Positions 27,382-39,301 of a stretch of 64,000 bases of DNA are shown one piece after another; position 1 is the first letter of the stretch, and every line of letters starts with the position of its first letter. This DNA is from Minisyncoccota bacterium. Its GTDB lineage: Bacteria > Patescibacteriota > Minisyncoccia > Phycocordibacterales > JAQTLZ01. The position numbers and the translations under genes were made by a program. The stretch is from positions 32,354 to 96,353 of the forward strand of contig JAQTLZ010000004.1 in NCBI GenBank assembly GCA_028714635.1, in the 5' to 3' direction. A model generated the notes under the pieces. That model had not been told where the DNA came from, did not search any database, and saw only the letters and a list, made by a program, of their open reading frames with translations.

Positions 27382-28089
27382 TTATGCCTCAATATCCGAA
27401 AAAAGTATCACATGTTTCATTTCTTTAAGAATTCTTGCCGGGGTTTCTGAAAGATGTCCGGCTGGCGCAAATATTTTTCCTAAAGCTTGCCGTTTCTTCT
27501 CTCCAGTTGCGTACACAATAGATTTTTGTATTTTGCTTCGAATAAATGGAAGTGTGATTGTTACTCGATGCGGATACAGATTTTTCCCTTTAGCATCATA
27601 AGCTACAGCAATTTCATTTTGTTCGAAAAGTTTGTCGAAAAGATCAGGGTTTTCTGCAAATGGCAGAATACCTGCAGTATGGCCGTCTTCTCCTATTCCA
27701 AGAATTGCGATGATGTTTCCTTCCGGATTTTTCAAAATCCAATCCTCGATATTTTTTCTGAACCTCTCGCCGAATTGTTCGAAGGTCTCGTCCGTCTCAA
27801 CTCGTGAGTCAAAAAATTGCACCCCTCCTTTTGTTGCATCAGCAAAAAATTGAGTTTTTTGGAGCTGGCTGAAATTATTTATATTTTCATCAATACTGTA
27901 TCTTTCATCCCCCATTCCTATAGTAAGATTTGAAGAGAAAACTTTTGAATCTACAAAATCCAAAAAAGAGAAAGCGGAACCTCCCGCAAGGAGAAGGAGG
28001 GTGGGAATTTTTTCCGAAAAAAGATGCGAAAGTTTCTCACCAGCCCTTTCTTTTAAGATATTTTCGTTTTTTTCAAAATTTCTTTCCAT
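27382..28089 (-). CDS. pgl: 6-phosphogluconolactonase
   Basis: LAGGS, DERY, LGIGEDGHTAG, RVTITLP, GEKK; directly downstream of zwf. Confidence 0.85.
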   Translation of the reverse strand: MERNFEKNENILKERAGEKLSHLFSEKIPTLLLLAGGSAFSFLDFVDSKVFSSNLTIGMGDERYSIDENINNFSQLQKTQFFADATKGGVQFFDSRVETDETFEQFGERFRKNIEDWILKNPEGNIIAILGIGEDGHTAGILPFAENPDLFDKLFEQNEIAVAYDAKGKNLYPHRVTITLPFIRSKIQKSIVYATGEKKRQALGKIFAPAGHLSETPARILKEMKHVILFSDIEA

Positions 28090-28170
28090 CCCGTTAGAAG
28101 CTAGCTTCGATTATTTTATAAACCTTCAAATTAAGCACGGTTTGCAGATGTTGGTTGCTTCTAACGGGAT
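28088..28170 (-). mobile_element. 83-bp MITE-like element, copy 1, inserted at the pgl start codon; carries uORF 28174-28094
   Basis: 14-bp TIRs ATCCCGTTAGAAGC / GCTTCTAACGGGAT; ATGG repeated at both ends; uORF MDPVRSNQHLQTVLNLKVYKIIEASF*. Confidence 0.85.
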
Positions 28171-28182
28171 CCATCCTCTTAG

Positions 28183-29598
28183 TTAAAAAGATGTCTTGGG
28201 GCCTTCCGACCCCTTTTTATACGAGAGAAGCGGGAGAGATTCCCAATGTTTGATGATGGGACTTACATATTTCCACGTCAGGTCTACTTCGCTTGTCGAG
28301 GGGAAAAGCGTCTGGTCTCCGCGGATACAATCGTAGAGCACTTTTTCGTAGGCGTCAGGAAGGGCTTTTTCTTCTACGCTTTCCCGATAAACATAGGATA
28401 GGTCTTTCGGTTCGACGGAAGAATCAAATCCAGGTTTTTTCATAAAATATTCTATAGAAATTCCTTCATTTGGTTGGATGGTGAATGTGATTTTGTTGCG
28501 GTGCTCGTGACCGTCGCCATTTGGACAAAGGCAGGTCGTGCAGGGTTTAAAAATCACCACAATTTCAGTCCGCATTTCGCTCAGAGCCTTTCCGCTTTCA
28601 AGATAAAAAGGTACATCCCGCCATCGTTCGTTATTGACGAACGCTTTGAGTTTGAAATATGTTTCGGTCGTGGATTCGGGATTTACATTCGACTCTCCTC
28701 GATAGCCTTCATATTGCGCGCGGACTGCATATTCTTCAATGTTTTTTACCGCCATAGGTACTAGCTTTTCAAATACTCGTGCCCGTTCTCGGCGGATACT
28801 CTCTGGTGTAAGGTTCCTTGGTCTTTCCATTGCTACAAGCGCGAGCATTTGCAAGATATGATTTTGTCCGACGTCTCGAAGCGCGCCGGTTGAATCATAG
28901 AAAGTTCCGCGCCCCAAAATATCGAGAGTTTCGAATAGTTTTACAGAAACCGATTCTATATGTTCTCCGCTCCAAAGATGTTCGAAAAGAGCGTTGGAAA
29001 AGCGGAATGTCAAGATATTTTGAAGCGTTTCTTTTGCTAAATAGTGGTCAATGCGAAAAATCTGCTCTTCTTCAAAGAGGTCAGAAAGGTGATGGTCGAG
29101 CTTGTGTGCAGTCTCTACGTCTCTTCCAAATGGCTTTTCAATGAGGACTCGTGTCCAACCCATATCGCCCCCGCATGGAATAGTAAGTCCAGAAAAGGAA
29201 AGGTGTCCAAGAATTCCTTCGTAGAGATCTGGAGGAACGGCTAGGTAGAAAAGTTTATTCGAGCATTGCCCGAGTCCGCCATCAATTTTTGAGAGCGTGT
29301 CCGAAAGATTTTTGTACGAATCAGCATTATCAAATGAACCTTCTCGGTAGCTTAAGTGATTAAGAAAATCAGAGAGATCGCTTTCACTCGCGGGCATCTT
29401 TTTGGTAATGAGCGTCTCTTTTATAAAATTCCTGAACTCGTCCGTAGAAAGGGAGCGGCGGGAGAAACCAACGATCTGGTATTTTGAAGGCAGAAACCCT
29501 TTCGTATGAAGCTCATAGAGAGACGGAAAAAGCTTTCTTTGAGACAAATCTCCCGTAACGCCGAATATGACAATTGTGGTGGGAGAAGTGGTCTCCAT
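28183..29598 (-). CDS. zwf: Glucose-6-phosphate 1-dehydrogenase
   Basis: IFGVTGDLSQRKL, EKPFG, RIDHYLAKE, RDVGQNH, AYEKVL. Confidence 0.97.
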   Translation of the reverse strand: METTSPTTIVIFGVTGDLSQRKLFPSLYELHTKGFLPSKYQIVGFSRRSLSTDEFRNFIKETLITKKMPASESDLSDFLNHLSYREGSFDNADSYKNLSDTLSKIDGGLGQCSNKLFYLAVPPDLYEGILGHLSFSGLTIPCGGDMGWTRVLIEKPFGRDVETAHKLDHHLSDLFEEEQIFRIDHYLAKETLQNILTFRFSNALFEHLWSGEHIESVSVKLFETLDILGRGTFYDSTGALRDVGQNHILQMLALVAMERPRNLTPESIRRERARVFEKLVPMAVKNIEEYAVRAQYEGYRGESNVNPESTTETYFKLKAFVNNERWRDVPFYLESGKALSEMRTEIVVIFKPCTTCLCPNGDGHEHRNKITFTIQPNEGISIEYFMKKPGFDSSVEPKDLSYVYRESVEEKALPDAYEKVLYDCIRGDQTLFPSTSEVDLTWKYVSPIIKHWESLPLLSYKKGSEGPKTSF

Positions 29599-29672
29599 GT
29601 AAAAAGTATATCAGACAGGCATATATTCTCATATAAAGAAATAAGGAACGGTCGCGAGCACGTTCCTTGGAC

Positions 29673-30032
29673 TTATGGAGGCAAAATTTCTGCCTTATCT
29701 GGTTCGAATGGGAGTTTGTCGCGGGTCAACAACCTTACTTCGATTCCGGTATCGATGTCGAGGACGTCCGCAATCTCTCGCGCGTTGCAGGTTGCCTCGA
29801 TGACGATCTTAAGTCTTCCCGGGTCTTTCATGAAACCATTGGTGTAAACGATAAATCTGCGTTCCACCAAAGTATTGATTTCATGTTCAGACCACCCACC
29901 CATTCGCGTAACCAATGAGTAAAGCTTGGGCTTCTCTTCAACCACAGTTGTGGTCTTCTGGCCACCTCTCCTGCCTTTCCCCAAATGCCTCCGGTGAGGA
30001 AAGTCTGCTGAGAGACGTATTTTTCTGTCCAC
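29673..30032 (-). CDS. Orphan hypothetical protein
   Basis: GGAGG RBS before GTG 30032; hairpin aaggaacg...cgttcctt downstream. Confidence 0.5.
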   Translation of the reverse strand: MDRKIRLSADFPHRRHLGKGRRGGQKTTTVVEEKPKLYSLVTRMGGWSEHEINTLVERRFIVYTNGFMKDPGRLKIVIEATCNAREIADVLDIDTGIEVRLLTRDKLPFEPDKAEILPP

Positions 30033-30117
30033 TGCCTTTTCCTCCGTTTGGGGTTAACTTTGATGTTATGTTCACAGAGAGCCCGAGAACTGCTCTAATT
30101 CTTACTGTACAACTAGG

Positions 30118-30762
30118 CTATATTTTGTCAAAGTCAATGGTTTTCCCCAGCTCCATTTCTTGAAAAAAGATTTTACGGGGAGAAAACGCTATTTTTGATA
30201 ATCTATCGGTAATTTCAGTGTTTTTAAGGCCTCCATCGTGTACAGGAAAGATGATTTTCGGCTTACAGGCGAGCGCGAAATCAAAACTTTCTGAAATTTT
30301 GAGCCACGGTCCCGCTACTGGCAGGGCAAGAATTTCCGGCAGTTTAGGGGGGATATGAAGCGCGTCTCCCGGGTAATACAGACGGTTTGAAATAAAGTAT
30401 CCTGTGTTTTGAACTCGGGGAATCGTTTCGTAAACTTCGGCGTGGATGGTACCGAAGCCTTCGATTAAAACTCCTTCCTGTGTTTTGTTTTGTCCTTCTT
30501 CAAGAATTTCGTATTTAATTCCCTCTTTCTCTAAAAGAAGTCCGACGGCAGTATTGGTCATGATTCGCGCTTTTGGATTATTTTTGAGAACCGTTTTTAC
30601 CGAAGGAATATGAAAATGGTCTTGATGCTCGTGAGTGATCAAGATGATATCTATATTTTTGATTGAATCCTGGAGAGTTGAAAAACTTCCCGGGTCGGTC
30701 AAAATCCGCAAACTCTTTTCTTCAATAAGGAGACAGCAGTGACCGAGCTTGGTAATCTTCAT
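30118..30762 (-). CDS. MBL-fold metallo-hydrolase
   Basis: ITKLGHCC, TDPG, THEHQDH, YYPGD, PVHDG. Confidence 0.9.
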   Translation of the reverse strand: MKITKLGHCCLLIEEKSLRILTDPGSFSTLQDSIKNIDIILITHEHQDHFHIPSVKTVLKNNPKARIMTNTAVGLLLEKEGIKYEILEEGQNKTQEGVLIEGFGTIHAEVYETIPRVQNTGYFISNRLYYPGDALHIPPKLPEILALPVAGPWLKISESFDFALACKPKIIFPVHDGGLKNTEITDRLSKIAFSPRKIFFQEMELGKTIDFDKI

Positions 30763-30780
30763 TCCTCTAGTATACCAAAA

Positions 30781-31464
30781 TCACTTTCTTGCATTCAAGA
30801 TTTCTTCTGCGGTTTTAAGATCTTCAGGATAGCCGATTGGTATCCAAAGATCAGATACGACGCCGTACACGGGATACTCTTTTAGCATTTGCTCAATAAG
30901 TACTGGTAAATAGAGCTCTCCTTTGTATTCGTGAGCTTTGTAATTGAATACATTGTCATCAAGAAGATAGACACCATTTGAGACGAGATTGCTTTTCGGT
31001 TCGTCTGGTTTTTCAACAAGTTCTAGAATGCGATTATCTTTATCCATTTCCACTACGCCGAATCGCTCTGGATGTTCAGCCCGAGAAAGAAGTAAGGCGC
31101 GCTGGTAGACAAGCATTTTCTGGATGCTCTCTTTGTGATGGATATCGTCTGCGTACATAACCAAGAATCGCTCGCCTTCTGTAAGGAGATGCCGGCAGAG
31201 TTCCAATGCATGGGCCGTTCCTTTTTGCTCTTTTTGTTCAACGTAATCAATTTTTTTGCCTTTGTATGAATTACCGAATTTCTCTCGTATCATCTCGCCT
31301 TTGTAGCCGATTACAACAATTATTTCAGTAACTTCGTTTGGTAAAACATCAAAAACGCGCTCGAGAAGTGATTTTCCAAGGACAGTGAGGAGGGGTTTCG
31401 GAGTTGTGAGGGTGAGTGGCTGCATTCTCTTTCCCACTCCCGCGGCGATAATGACGGCTTTCAT
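30781..31464 (-). CDS. Sugar-phosphate nucleotidyltransferase family protein
   Basis: AAGVGKRMQPLT..TPKPLL, GTAHAL, FGVV, VEKP. Confidence 0.9.
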   Translation of the reverse strand: MKAVIIAAGVGKRMQPLTLTTPKPLLTVLGKSLLERVFDVLPNEVTEIIVVIGYKGEMIREKFGNSYKGKKIDYVEQKEQKGTAHALELCRHLLTEGERFLVMYADDIHHKESIQKMLVYQRALLLSRAEHPERFGVVEMDKDNRILELVEKPDEPKSNLVSNGVYLLDDNVFNYKAHEYKGELYLPVLIEQMLKEYPVYGVVSDLWIPIGYPEDLKTAEEILNARK

Positions 31465-31478
31465 TTCTTAAAGAAAGA

Positions 31479-31721
31479 TTATGCGCTGGCTAAGATAACG
31501 ATACGGCTTTCTGGACGAATTTCTAAAACTCCGGATTTAATTTCGATAGATTTCTCTTGCCCGTCTTTTTCGATGATTTTCAAAATTCCAGGAACGAGCG
31601 TAGAAACCAAAGGGAGATGGTTCGGGAGAATAGTAATTTCTCCAGTCGTCGTCTTTGCGATAACTTTTGTAGCCTCTCCATTAAAGAGGGTGTCTTTGAT
31701 TGTATAGACTCCGACTTGCAT
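31479..31721 (-). CDS. atpC: ATP synthase epsilon subunit (N-terminal beta domain only)
   Basis: GEITILPNHLPLVSTL; last gene of the atp operon; start placed at MQVGVY. Confidence 0.88.
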   Translation of the reverse strand: MQVGVYTIKDTLFNGEATKVIAKTTTGEITILPNHLPLVSTLVPGILKIIEKDGQEKSIEIKSGVLEIRPESRIVILASA

Positions 31722-31830
31722 ATGTTGATTGTTAGAGTTTTTTCTCGTCACACCTTTTAAAAAGACCGCTCCGGGCCGCTTGGCCAAGTCTTAGTCATTT
31801 TAAAAGCTGCAACTTCAAAAAAACTTTTAC

Positions 31831-34157
<2,327 letters not shown>

Positions 34158-34184
34158 TTGATTCTACTTACTACTTTCTACTGA

Positions 34185-35717
34185 CTATTTCTGCATCTTC
34201 ACCCATTCCGCCAAAGAATCTTTCAAAGTTTTAAGGATATCGTCTGACATTTCACCTGATTTCTTGATCGCTTCAAAAATTTTCTCTTTGTGCATCTTTT
34301 CAAGATAATCAATCACAGAAAGTGAGGCATCAACGATTTTCTCTGGAGCAATCGCGTCAAAATATCCATTTGTCGCTGTGTAAATAAGGACAGCTTGTTT
34401 CTCGAATGGAATTGGAGCGAGCTCATCTTGCTTCAAAGATTCTGAAAGCGCTTTTCCGCGAGTAAGGGTTTTTCGTGTCGATTCATCGAGATCAGATGCA
34501 AATTGAGAGAAAGCAGCGAGTTCTCGATACTGGGCGAGCTCAAGTCGTAGTTTCCCTGCCACTTTCTTCATCGCCTTTGTCTGCGCCGCAGAACCCACGC
34601 GTGATACGGAGAGTCCGACGTTTACCGCAGGACGAGTTCCTTGGTTGAAAAGTTCTGATTCGAGATAAATCTGTCCGTCGGTGATAGAAATAACGTTTGT
34701 TGGAATGTATGCAGCCACGTCTCCAAGCTGTGTTTCGATGATTGGAAGCGAAGTAAGCGAGCCTCCCCCATTTTCTTTCGAAAGTTTTGCTGATCGCTCG
34801 AGAAGTCTTGAGTGGAGATAGAAAATGTCTCCAGGATAAGCTTCACGGCCTGGCGGACGTCGGAGAAGAAGAGAAATTTCTCGATATGCTGTCGCCTGCT
34901 TTGAAAGATCGTCGTAAATCACGAGGGCATCTTTCCCTTTGTACATAAAATATTCTCCGATGGCGGTTGCACTGTATGGAGCCAAATATCGCATTGAAGT
35001 CGGAGCAGAAGATGGAGCAGAGACGACAATCGTGTATTTCATCGCGCCCGCAGCTTCAAGGGTCGCAATAATTTTTGCAATTTTTGATTCCTTCTGTCCG
35101 ATTGCGACGTAAATACAGATTGGTGTCTGGAACCGAGTATCGTTTTTCTGATTGATGATGGTGTCGATGCAAATAGACGTCTTACCCACTTGTCGATCTC
35201 CAATGACGAGCTGTCTCTGCCCTCGGCCGATCGGAATCATCGAGTCGATAGCTTTGATTCCGGTGTGAATCGGAGTATTTACAGGAGAACGTGCGATAAC
35301 AGACGGTGCTGTTCGTTCTGTAGGATAAAATTCGTGTTTTGAACCAGTTTTAAAAATAGGGCCTTTGCCATCAAGGGGATTTCCAAGAGGGTCAACCACT
35401 CGTCCGATCATTTCGTTCCCTACTGGTACAGAAAGCACGCGTCCTGCGTGAGTAACGATATCCCCCTCTTTAATTTTTTTATAATCTCCGAGAACGATAA
35501 CTCCGACGCTGTCTTCTTCGAGGTTGAAAGCCACGCCGGAAACTTTGCCAGAACTTGTTTCAAATTCCACCATTTCCTGCATCGAAACGTCAGAAAGTCC
35601 CGAAAGGCGGGCAATTCCGTCTCCCACTTCGGTCACTTTCCCGATCTTTTGGGCACGAGCTTCTCGTTTGTACCCAGTGATCTCATTTTTCAGATTTTCG
35701 ATGATTGGTGAAGGCAT
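34185..35717 (-). CDS. atpA: ATP synthase alpha subunit
   Basis: [34 protein letters not shown]. Confidence 0.98.
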   Translation of the reverse strand: MPSPIIENLKNEITGYKREARAQKIGKVTEVGDGIARLSGLSDVSMQEMVEFETSSGKVSGVAFNLEEDSVGVIVLGDYKKIKEGDIVTHAGRVLSVPVGNEMIGRVVDPLGNPLDGKGPIFKTGSKHEFYPTERTAPSVIARSPVNTPIHTGIKAIDSMIPIGRGQRQLVIGDRQVGKTSICIDTIINQKNDTRFQTPICIYVAIGQKESKIAKIIATLEAAGAMKYTIVVSAPSSAPTSMRYLAPYSATAIGEYFMYKGKDALVIYDDLSKQATAYREISLLLRRPPGREAYPGDIFYLHSRLLERSAKLSKENGGGSLTSLPIIETQLGDVAAYIPTNVISITDGQIYLESELFNQGTRPAVNVGLSVSRVGSAAQTKAMKKVAGKLRLELAQYRELAAFSQFASDLDESTRKTLTRGKALSESLKQDELAPIPFEKQAVLIYTATNGYFDAIAPEKIVDASLSVIDYLEKMHKEKIFEAIKKSGEMSDDILKTLKDSLAEWVKMQK

Positions 35718-35719
35718 AA

Positions 35720-36103
35720 TTATGCGTTTATAAAAAGATTGTTAATGTGTTTGAGCGCGCTTGAATCGATAAAGACGGAATTATTTAAAAGTATTCGGAT
35801 TCCAGCGATAAGTCTTGGATTTACTTTTTCTTCGAGGAGTACTTTGTCTTTAAATATTCCTTCAATTTCTTTTCTTGTTTTTGCGGTCAAGGGATACGCT
35901 GATTCAACTTCTACTTTTGTCAGACCGTTCTTTTCGACAAATATTTTCTCGAAATGTTTGAGAATAAGCGGCAATCGAATCCAGTCTTTGTTTTTCTTTA
36001 CCGTCTGAACAAAATGCTGGATAAGTTTTTTTTCTTCTCCTTTTTTCGCTCCTTCCAGTGTCTCGTAGAGCGCTTCAGCATATTGTTTCGGCTTGTATTT
36101 CAT
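35720..36103 (-). CDS. atpH: ATP synthase delta subunit (short)
   Basis: QYAEALY, VESAYPL, LIAGIRI; lies between atpF and atpA. Confidence 0.88.
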   Translation of the reverse strand: MKYKPKQYAEALYETLEGAKKGEEKKLIQHFVQTVKKNKDWIRLPLILKHFEKIFVEKNGLTKVEVESAYPLTAKTRKEIEGIFKDKVLLEEKVNPRLIAGIRILLNNSVFIDSSALKHINNLFINA

Positions 36104-36184
36104 CCCGTTAGAAGCTAGCTTCGATTATCTGATAATGGTTCGATTTGGGCATGGTTTGTAAATATTGATTGCTTCTAACGGGAT
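36102..36184 (-). mobile_element. 83-bp MITE-like element, copy 2, inserted at the atpH start codon; carries uORF 36188-36108
   Basis: Same TIRs; ATGA repeated at both ends; uORF MNPVRSNQYLQTMPKSNHYQIIEASF* starts 3 nt after the atpF stop. Confidence 0.85.
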
Positions 36185-36191
36185 TCATAGG

Positions 36192-36707
36192 TTATTTATG
36201 GGTTGAAGCAGACTTCATCTCTTTCAATGCTTCCGCGATAAGTGCATTATCACGCTCATTGAAATCCATCTTTCCGATGACTTTTTCAAGCCCCATTCGG
36301 ACGAACATGCTCGCCTCTTTCCCCACTTCTTCGGCCATTCGTCCTCTTTCCTGCTCGATTGATTTGTGAGCGCTTTCCACCATTCCCTCGCTCTTTTTCT
36401 TCGAGTCTTCCATAATAGCTTCACCGCGCACTTTTGCAGTTGTCTCCGCAGCTTGCACCATTGAAAGCGCTTTTTTGTCAGCGGCGAGAATCCTTTCTTC
36501 CTCGATTATTTTTGTCTTGCTCAATCTCTCTTTCGATTCTTCGCTTGCTCGAAGTCCTTCCTCGATATCATCGGAGCGCTTTTTGAGCATCCCAAGGATC
36601 GGCTTGTAAGCAAATTTACCGAGAACAAAAGCGAGAATGGCAAAATTCACTACTTGTGCGAGTAGCAATTTCCAATCCACCCCCAGATGATTAAGAAGGT
36701 CACTCAT
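36192..36707 (-). CDS. atpF: ATP synthase F0 subunit b
   Basis: LGVDWKLLLAQVVNFAIL, YKPILGML.KR, coiled coil. Confidence 0.95.
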   Translation of the reverse strand: MSDLLNHLGVDWKLLLAQVVNFAILAFVLGKFAYKPILGMLKKRSDDIEEGLRASEESKERLSKTKIIEEERILAADKKALSMVQAAETTAKVRGEAIMEDSKKKSEGMVESAHKSIEQERGRMAEEVGKEASMFVRMGLEKVIGKMDFNERDNALIAEALKEMKSASTHK

Positions 36708-36728
36708 GGCAGTATCTAACCTCCTTTA

Positions 36729-36956
36729 CTAGACGAACTTGATTATGAGTGCAACCACCAACGCGTAAATAGCGATAGCTTCAGCGAAAGCGATAGAAAG
36801 CACCATAGCTGTCTGAATTTTTGATGCTGCTTCTGGGTTTCGGCCGATAGATTCAAGGCCTTTTGATCCGATTTTTCCGATAGCAAGTGCTGGGAAAAGG
36901 GTTCCTCCGATAATAGTTGCTGCAACTGCGATCAACTTAATTGTGTCTATGTCCAT
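36729..36956 (-). CDS. atpE: ATP synthase F0 subunit c
   Basis: IGRNPEA loop and FAEAIAIY carboxylate; lacks the ES/T Na+ signature, so probably H+-type. Confidence 0.96.
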   Translation of the reverse strand: MDIDTIKLIAVAATIIGGTLFPALAIGKIGSKGLESIGRNPEAASKIQTAMVLSIAFAEAIAIYALVVALIIKFV

Positions 36957-37078
36957 TTTTATGTTTTTTAATGGCTAATAATAATGACTAAAATAAAGAA
37001 AACAAAAAAAGAAGCGCCCCCAGTATATCTCATGACTTGAAGAAAGTAAACGTACTTTACTCACGCGCTTCGTGGGGT

Positions 37079-37822
37079 CTAATGAGCCTCGTGTTCGACC
37101 GCAATGCTCAAAAATACAAGCGTTAGCATCGAAAACACCAGCGCTTGTATGAAGCCCACGAAGATTTCGAGCATGAGAAACGGAATGGGAGCGAGAAACG
37201 GCGCAAGCGCGCCCATAATGATGAGAAGCACCTCTCCAGCGAAGACGTTTCCGAAGAGTCGGAACGAAAAAGAGATGACCTTTGCAAATTCACCGAGAAT
37301 TTCGAGAATTCCGACGAAAAATTCTATTGGACCCTTGAAATTGAAAAATTTACCGAAATGAATTTTTGCGCCGAGCTCTCGGATGGCATAAATATTTACC
37401 ATTACTACGGAAATGAGAGCAATTGCGAGAGTGAAGTTAAGATCAGCAGCTGCGGAGCGAGTTAATGGTACGAATTTTGTGACCCCCTCGCTGACCTCAT
37501 TAAATCCAACAGAACCAACCCCTGGGAAAATCCCCAGCCAGTTTGAAATGAGAACGAAGGTGAAAATGGTGGCAATAAGCGGGAAAAATTTCTCCGCTTT
37601 TTTTCGAGAATGAAGCACTCCCTGCATCATTCCTACGAGCTCCTCTACCCCGCTTTCGACGATATTTTGAAACATTTTCGGCACTTTGCGGATGTTTCTC
37701 GAGAGAATATAGGAAGCAACAACAAGCAAAATAACCACGATCCAGCTTGTAAGAAGGCCGTTTGTGATGGGCAAGCCCATAAATGAAAAAAGCTTTTCAG
37801 CTGCAATTTCTATATTCAACAT
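37079..37822 (-). CDS. atpB: ATP synthase F0 subunit a
   Basis: NWLGIFPG, ADLNFT, SFSFRLFGN, IQALVF. Confidence 0.96.
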   Translation of the reverse strand: MLNIEIAAEKLFSFMGLPITNGLLTSWIVVILLVVASYILSRNIRKVPKMFQNIVESGVEELVGMMQGVLHSRKKAEKFFPLIATIFTFVLISNWLGIFPGVGSVGFNEVSEGVTKFVPLTRSAAADLNFTLAIALISVVMVNIYAIRELGAKIHFGKFFNFKGPIEFFVGILEILGEFAKVISFSFRLFGNVFAGEVLLIIMGALAPFLAPIPFLMLEIFVGFIQALVFSMLTLVFLSIAVEHEAH

Positions 37823-37853
37823 GGCTCATATCATACGGATTTAGCGGAATTTA

Positions 37854-38708
37854 TCAAATTGTCTCTCCAAGGAATCTTTGCCAAACCCCATCATTACTTT
37901 CGCACTTTCCCAAAGCGTCATGATATTTCGATTGTGAACGGTAACTTTGTTTGTTTATCTCTTTCATAAATTTTCGACTGAAGAATTTCCTCATTATATT
38001 TAGAGCGAATGCATCAGCATAACGTTCATCATTTATAATCGAAGCTCTTTCGATTGCTTTCAATGGTTTTTCTTCGACCATTTTTCCTCTCACGGTATCT
38101 GCCCTGTCTTGAGCATCCATTGTCATATCTCTGTCTCTCTTAGCGTGTCCCATCTCGTGCAGGAGGTAGCTTATCCCCCGCTTTGAAATGGGGCTACTTC
38201 CAACCATAATAATATGAGTTCCCCCGTTGAAAAATCCTCCAAGCTCTTTCGATTCTCCGATTTTTGTTTTTCCTCGCATCTTCGTATCTGGCATAGCTCC
38301 CGTGTATACATATACTGAAACTTCTTCGCAGATATCCTTGAGATTTACAATCTCTCCTTTAGAATTTTGAAATGTTAGATTTGTTATTCGGCGATAGTTG
38401 GGAAGATCGGGGATACTTTCCAACCCGCCATCCGGGTCGGAGGAATCTGAAAAATGATTCAGGATATTTTCATCAAGTATCGAATTGTATTCGATTATGC
38501 ATTTTGAGGGTGCACTCCCTTCTTCACTTGGGAGATCAAATGTAACAGTTCCCTTCAGCTTTTCCCACGAGACATCGGCAAAATGAGCCTTTAAATCCTC
38601 GATTTCAGGGTCGACACCCCCCTTCTTCTCCGGCGGATACTCTGTGTCGGCACGTTTTTTAGTCCGTTCCAGATATTTTTCCGGATTATGTTCAAAGGCT
38701 TCTTTCAT
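37854..38708 (-). CDS. Hypothetical protein with a zincin HEXXH motif
   Basis: LLHEMGH plus a downstream ERYAD.FAL third-ligand-like motif. Confidence 0.55.
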   Translation of the reverse strand: MKEAFEHNPEKYLERTKKRADTEYPPEKKGGVDPEIEDLKAHFADVSWEKLKGTVTFDLPSEEGSAPSKCIIEYNSILDENILNHFSDSSDPDGGLESIPDLPNYRRITNLTFQNSKGEIVNLKDICEEVSVYVYTGAMPDTKMRGKTKIGESKELGGFFNGGTHIIMVGSSPISKRGISYLLHEMGHAKRDRDMTMDAQDRADTVRGKMVEEKPLKAIERASIINDERYADAFALNIMRKFFSRKFMKEINKQSYRSQSKYHDALGKCESNDGVWQRFLGETI

Positions 38709-38812
38709 GTCGAGATTACTGTAACATTTCTCCCTGCTTTATTAAAGGGGGAATTGCGGGTTTTTTCTAGAAGAGTCATACTAGAAGTGATTATTTCTTA
38801 ATTCAAATCACC

Positions 38813-39106
38813 ATGGCATCAAAATCAGAAGAATTGAAACGAAAAGCTAGGGAAGCAGAAGATCAGCTCAGATTTACTAATGACAAAATCAGACTACTAG
38901 CCGGAGAAACAGAGACCCTGGGCAGAAGAAATAAGCAGGAAAAATTTGATCTTGAAATGAAAGAGCAGAAATTAAAGCGAGAAATGAATGAGATGAAGGA
39001 GTTGAAATTCAGAAAGACAAAATTTGAAGATGAATTGAATCAAGCTCGGCGGGGAGCGGAGGACGCACAGAGGCAGGAAGAGCGGGAGAAAAATTCTCGA
39101 CGCTAA
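38813..39106 (+). CDS. Charged coiled-coil hypothetical protein
   Basis: 97-aa E/K/R-rich ORF. Confidence 0.55.
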   Translation: MASKSEELKRKAREAEDQLRFTNDKIRLLAGETETLGRRNKQEKFDLEMKEQKLKREMNEMKELKFRKTKFEDELNQARRGAEDAQRQEEREKNSRR

Positions 39107-39180
39107 TCTTAAGACAGAATTCCCTTCTTTTGTTATTGTCACAAAACATAAATTCGTGTAGAATCTATCGCGTTCTTAGA

Positions 39181-39253
39181 GGGCCCATAGCTCAGCTGGT
39201 AGAGCAGTGCTTTTGCAAAGCAAAGGTCAGCGGTTCGAATCCGCTTGGGTCCA
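39181..39253 (+). tRNA. tRNA-Ala(TGC); CCA not encoded
   Basis: Acceptor stem GGGCCCA/TGGGTCC with G3:U70, D arm GCTCAGCTGGTAGAGC, anticodon loop TTTGCAA, T loop TTCGAAT. Confidence 0.95.
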
Positions 39254-39259
39254 CCGAAC

Positions 39260-39293
39260 AGAAAAAAACCTCCATTATTGGAGGTTTTTTTCT
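39260..39293. terminator. Bidirectional intrinsic terminator
   Basis: agaaaaaaacctcca-ttat-tggaggtttttttct between the tRNA and the convergent gene. Confidence 0.75.
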
Positions 39294-39301
39294 GTATTTG
39301 T

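Noticed and set aside
39181-39300. tRNA-Ala as the attachment site of an island
   Set aside because: No integrase nearby and no duplicated tRNA 3' end seen in the window.
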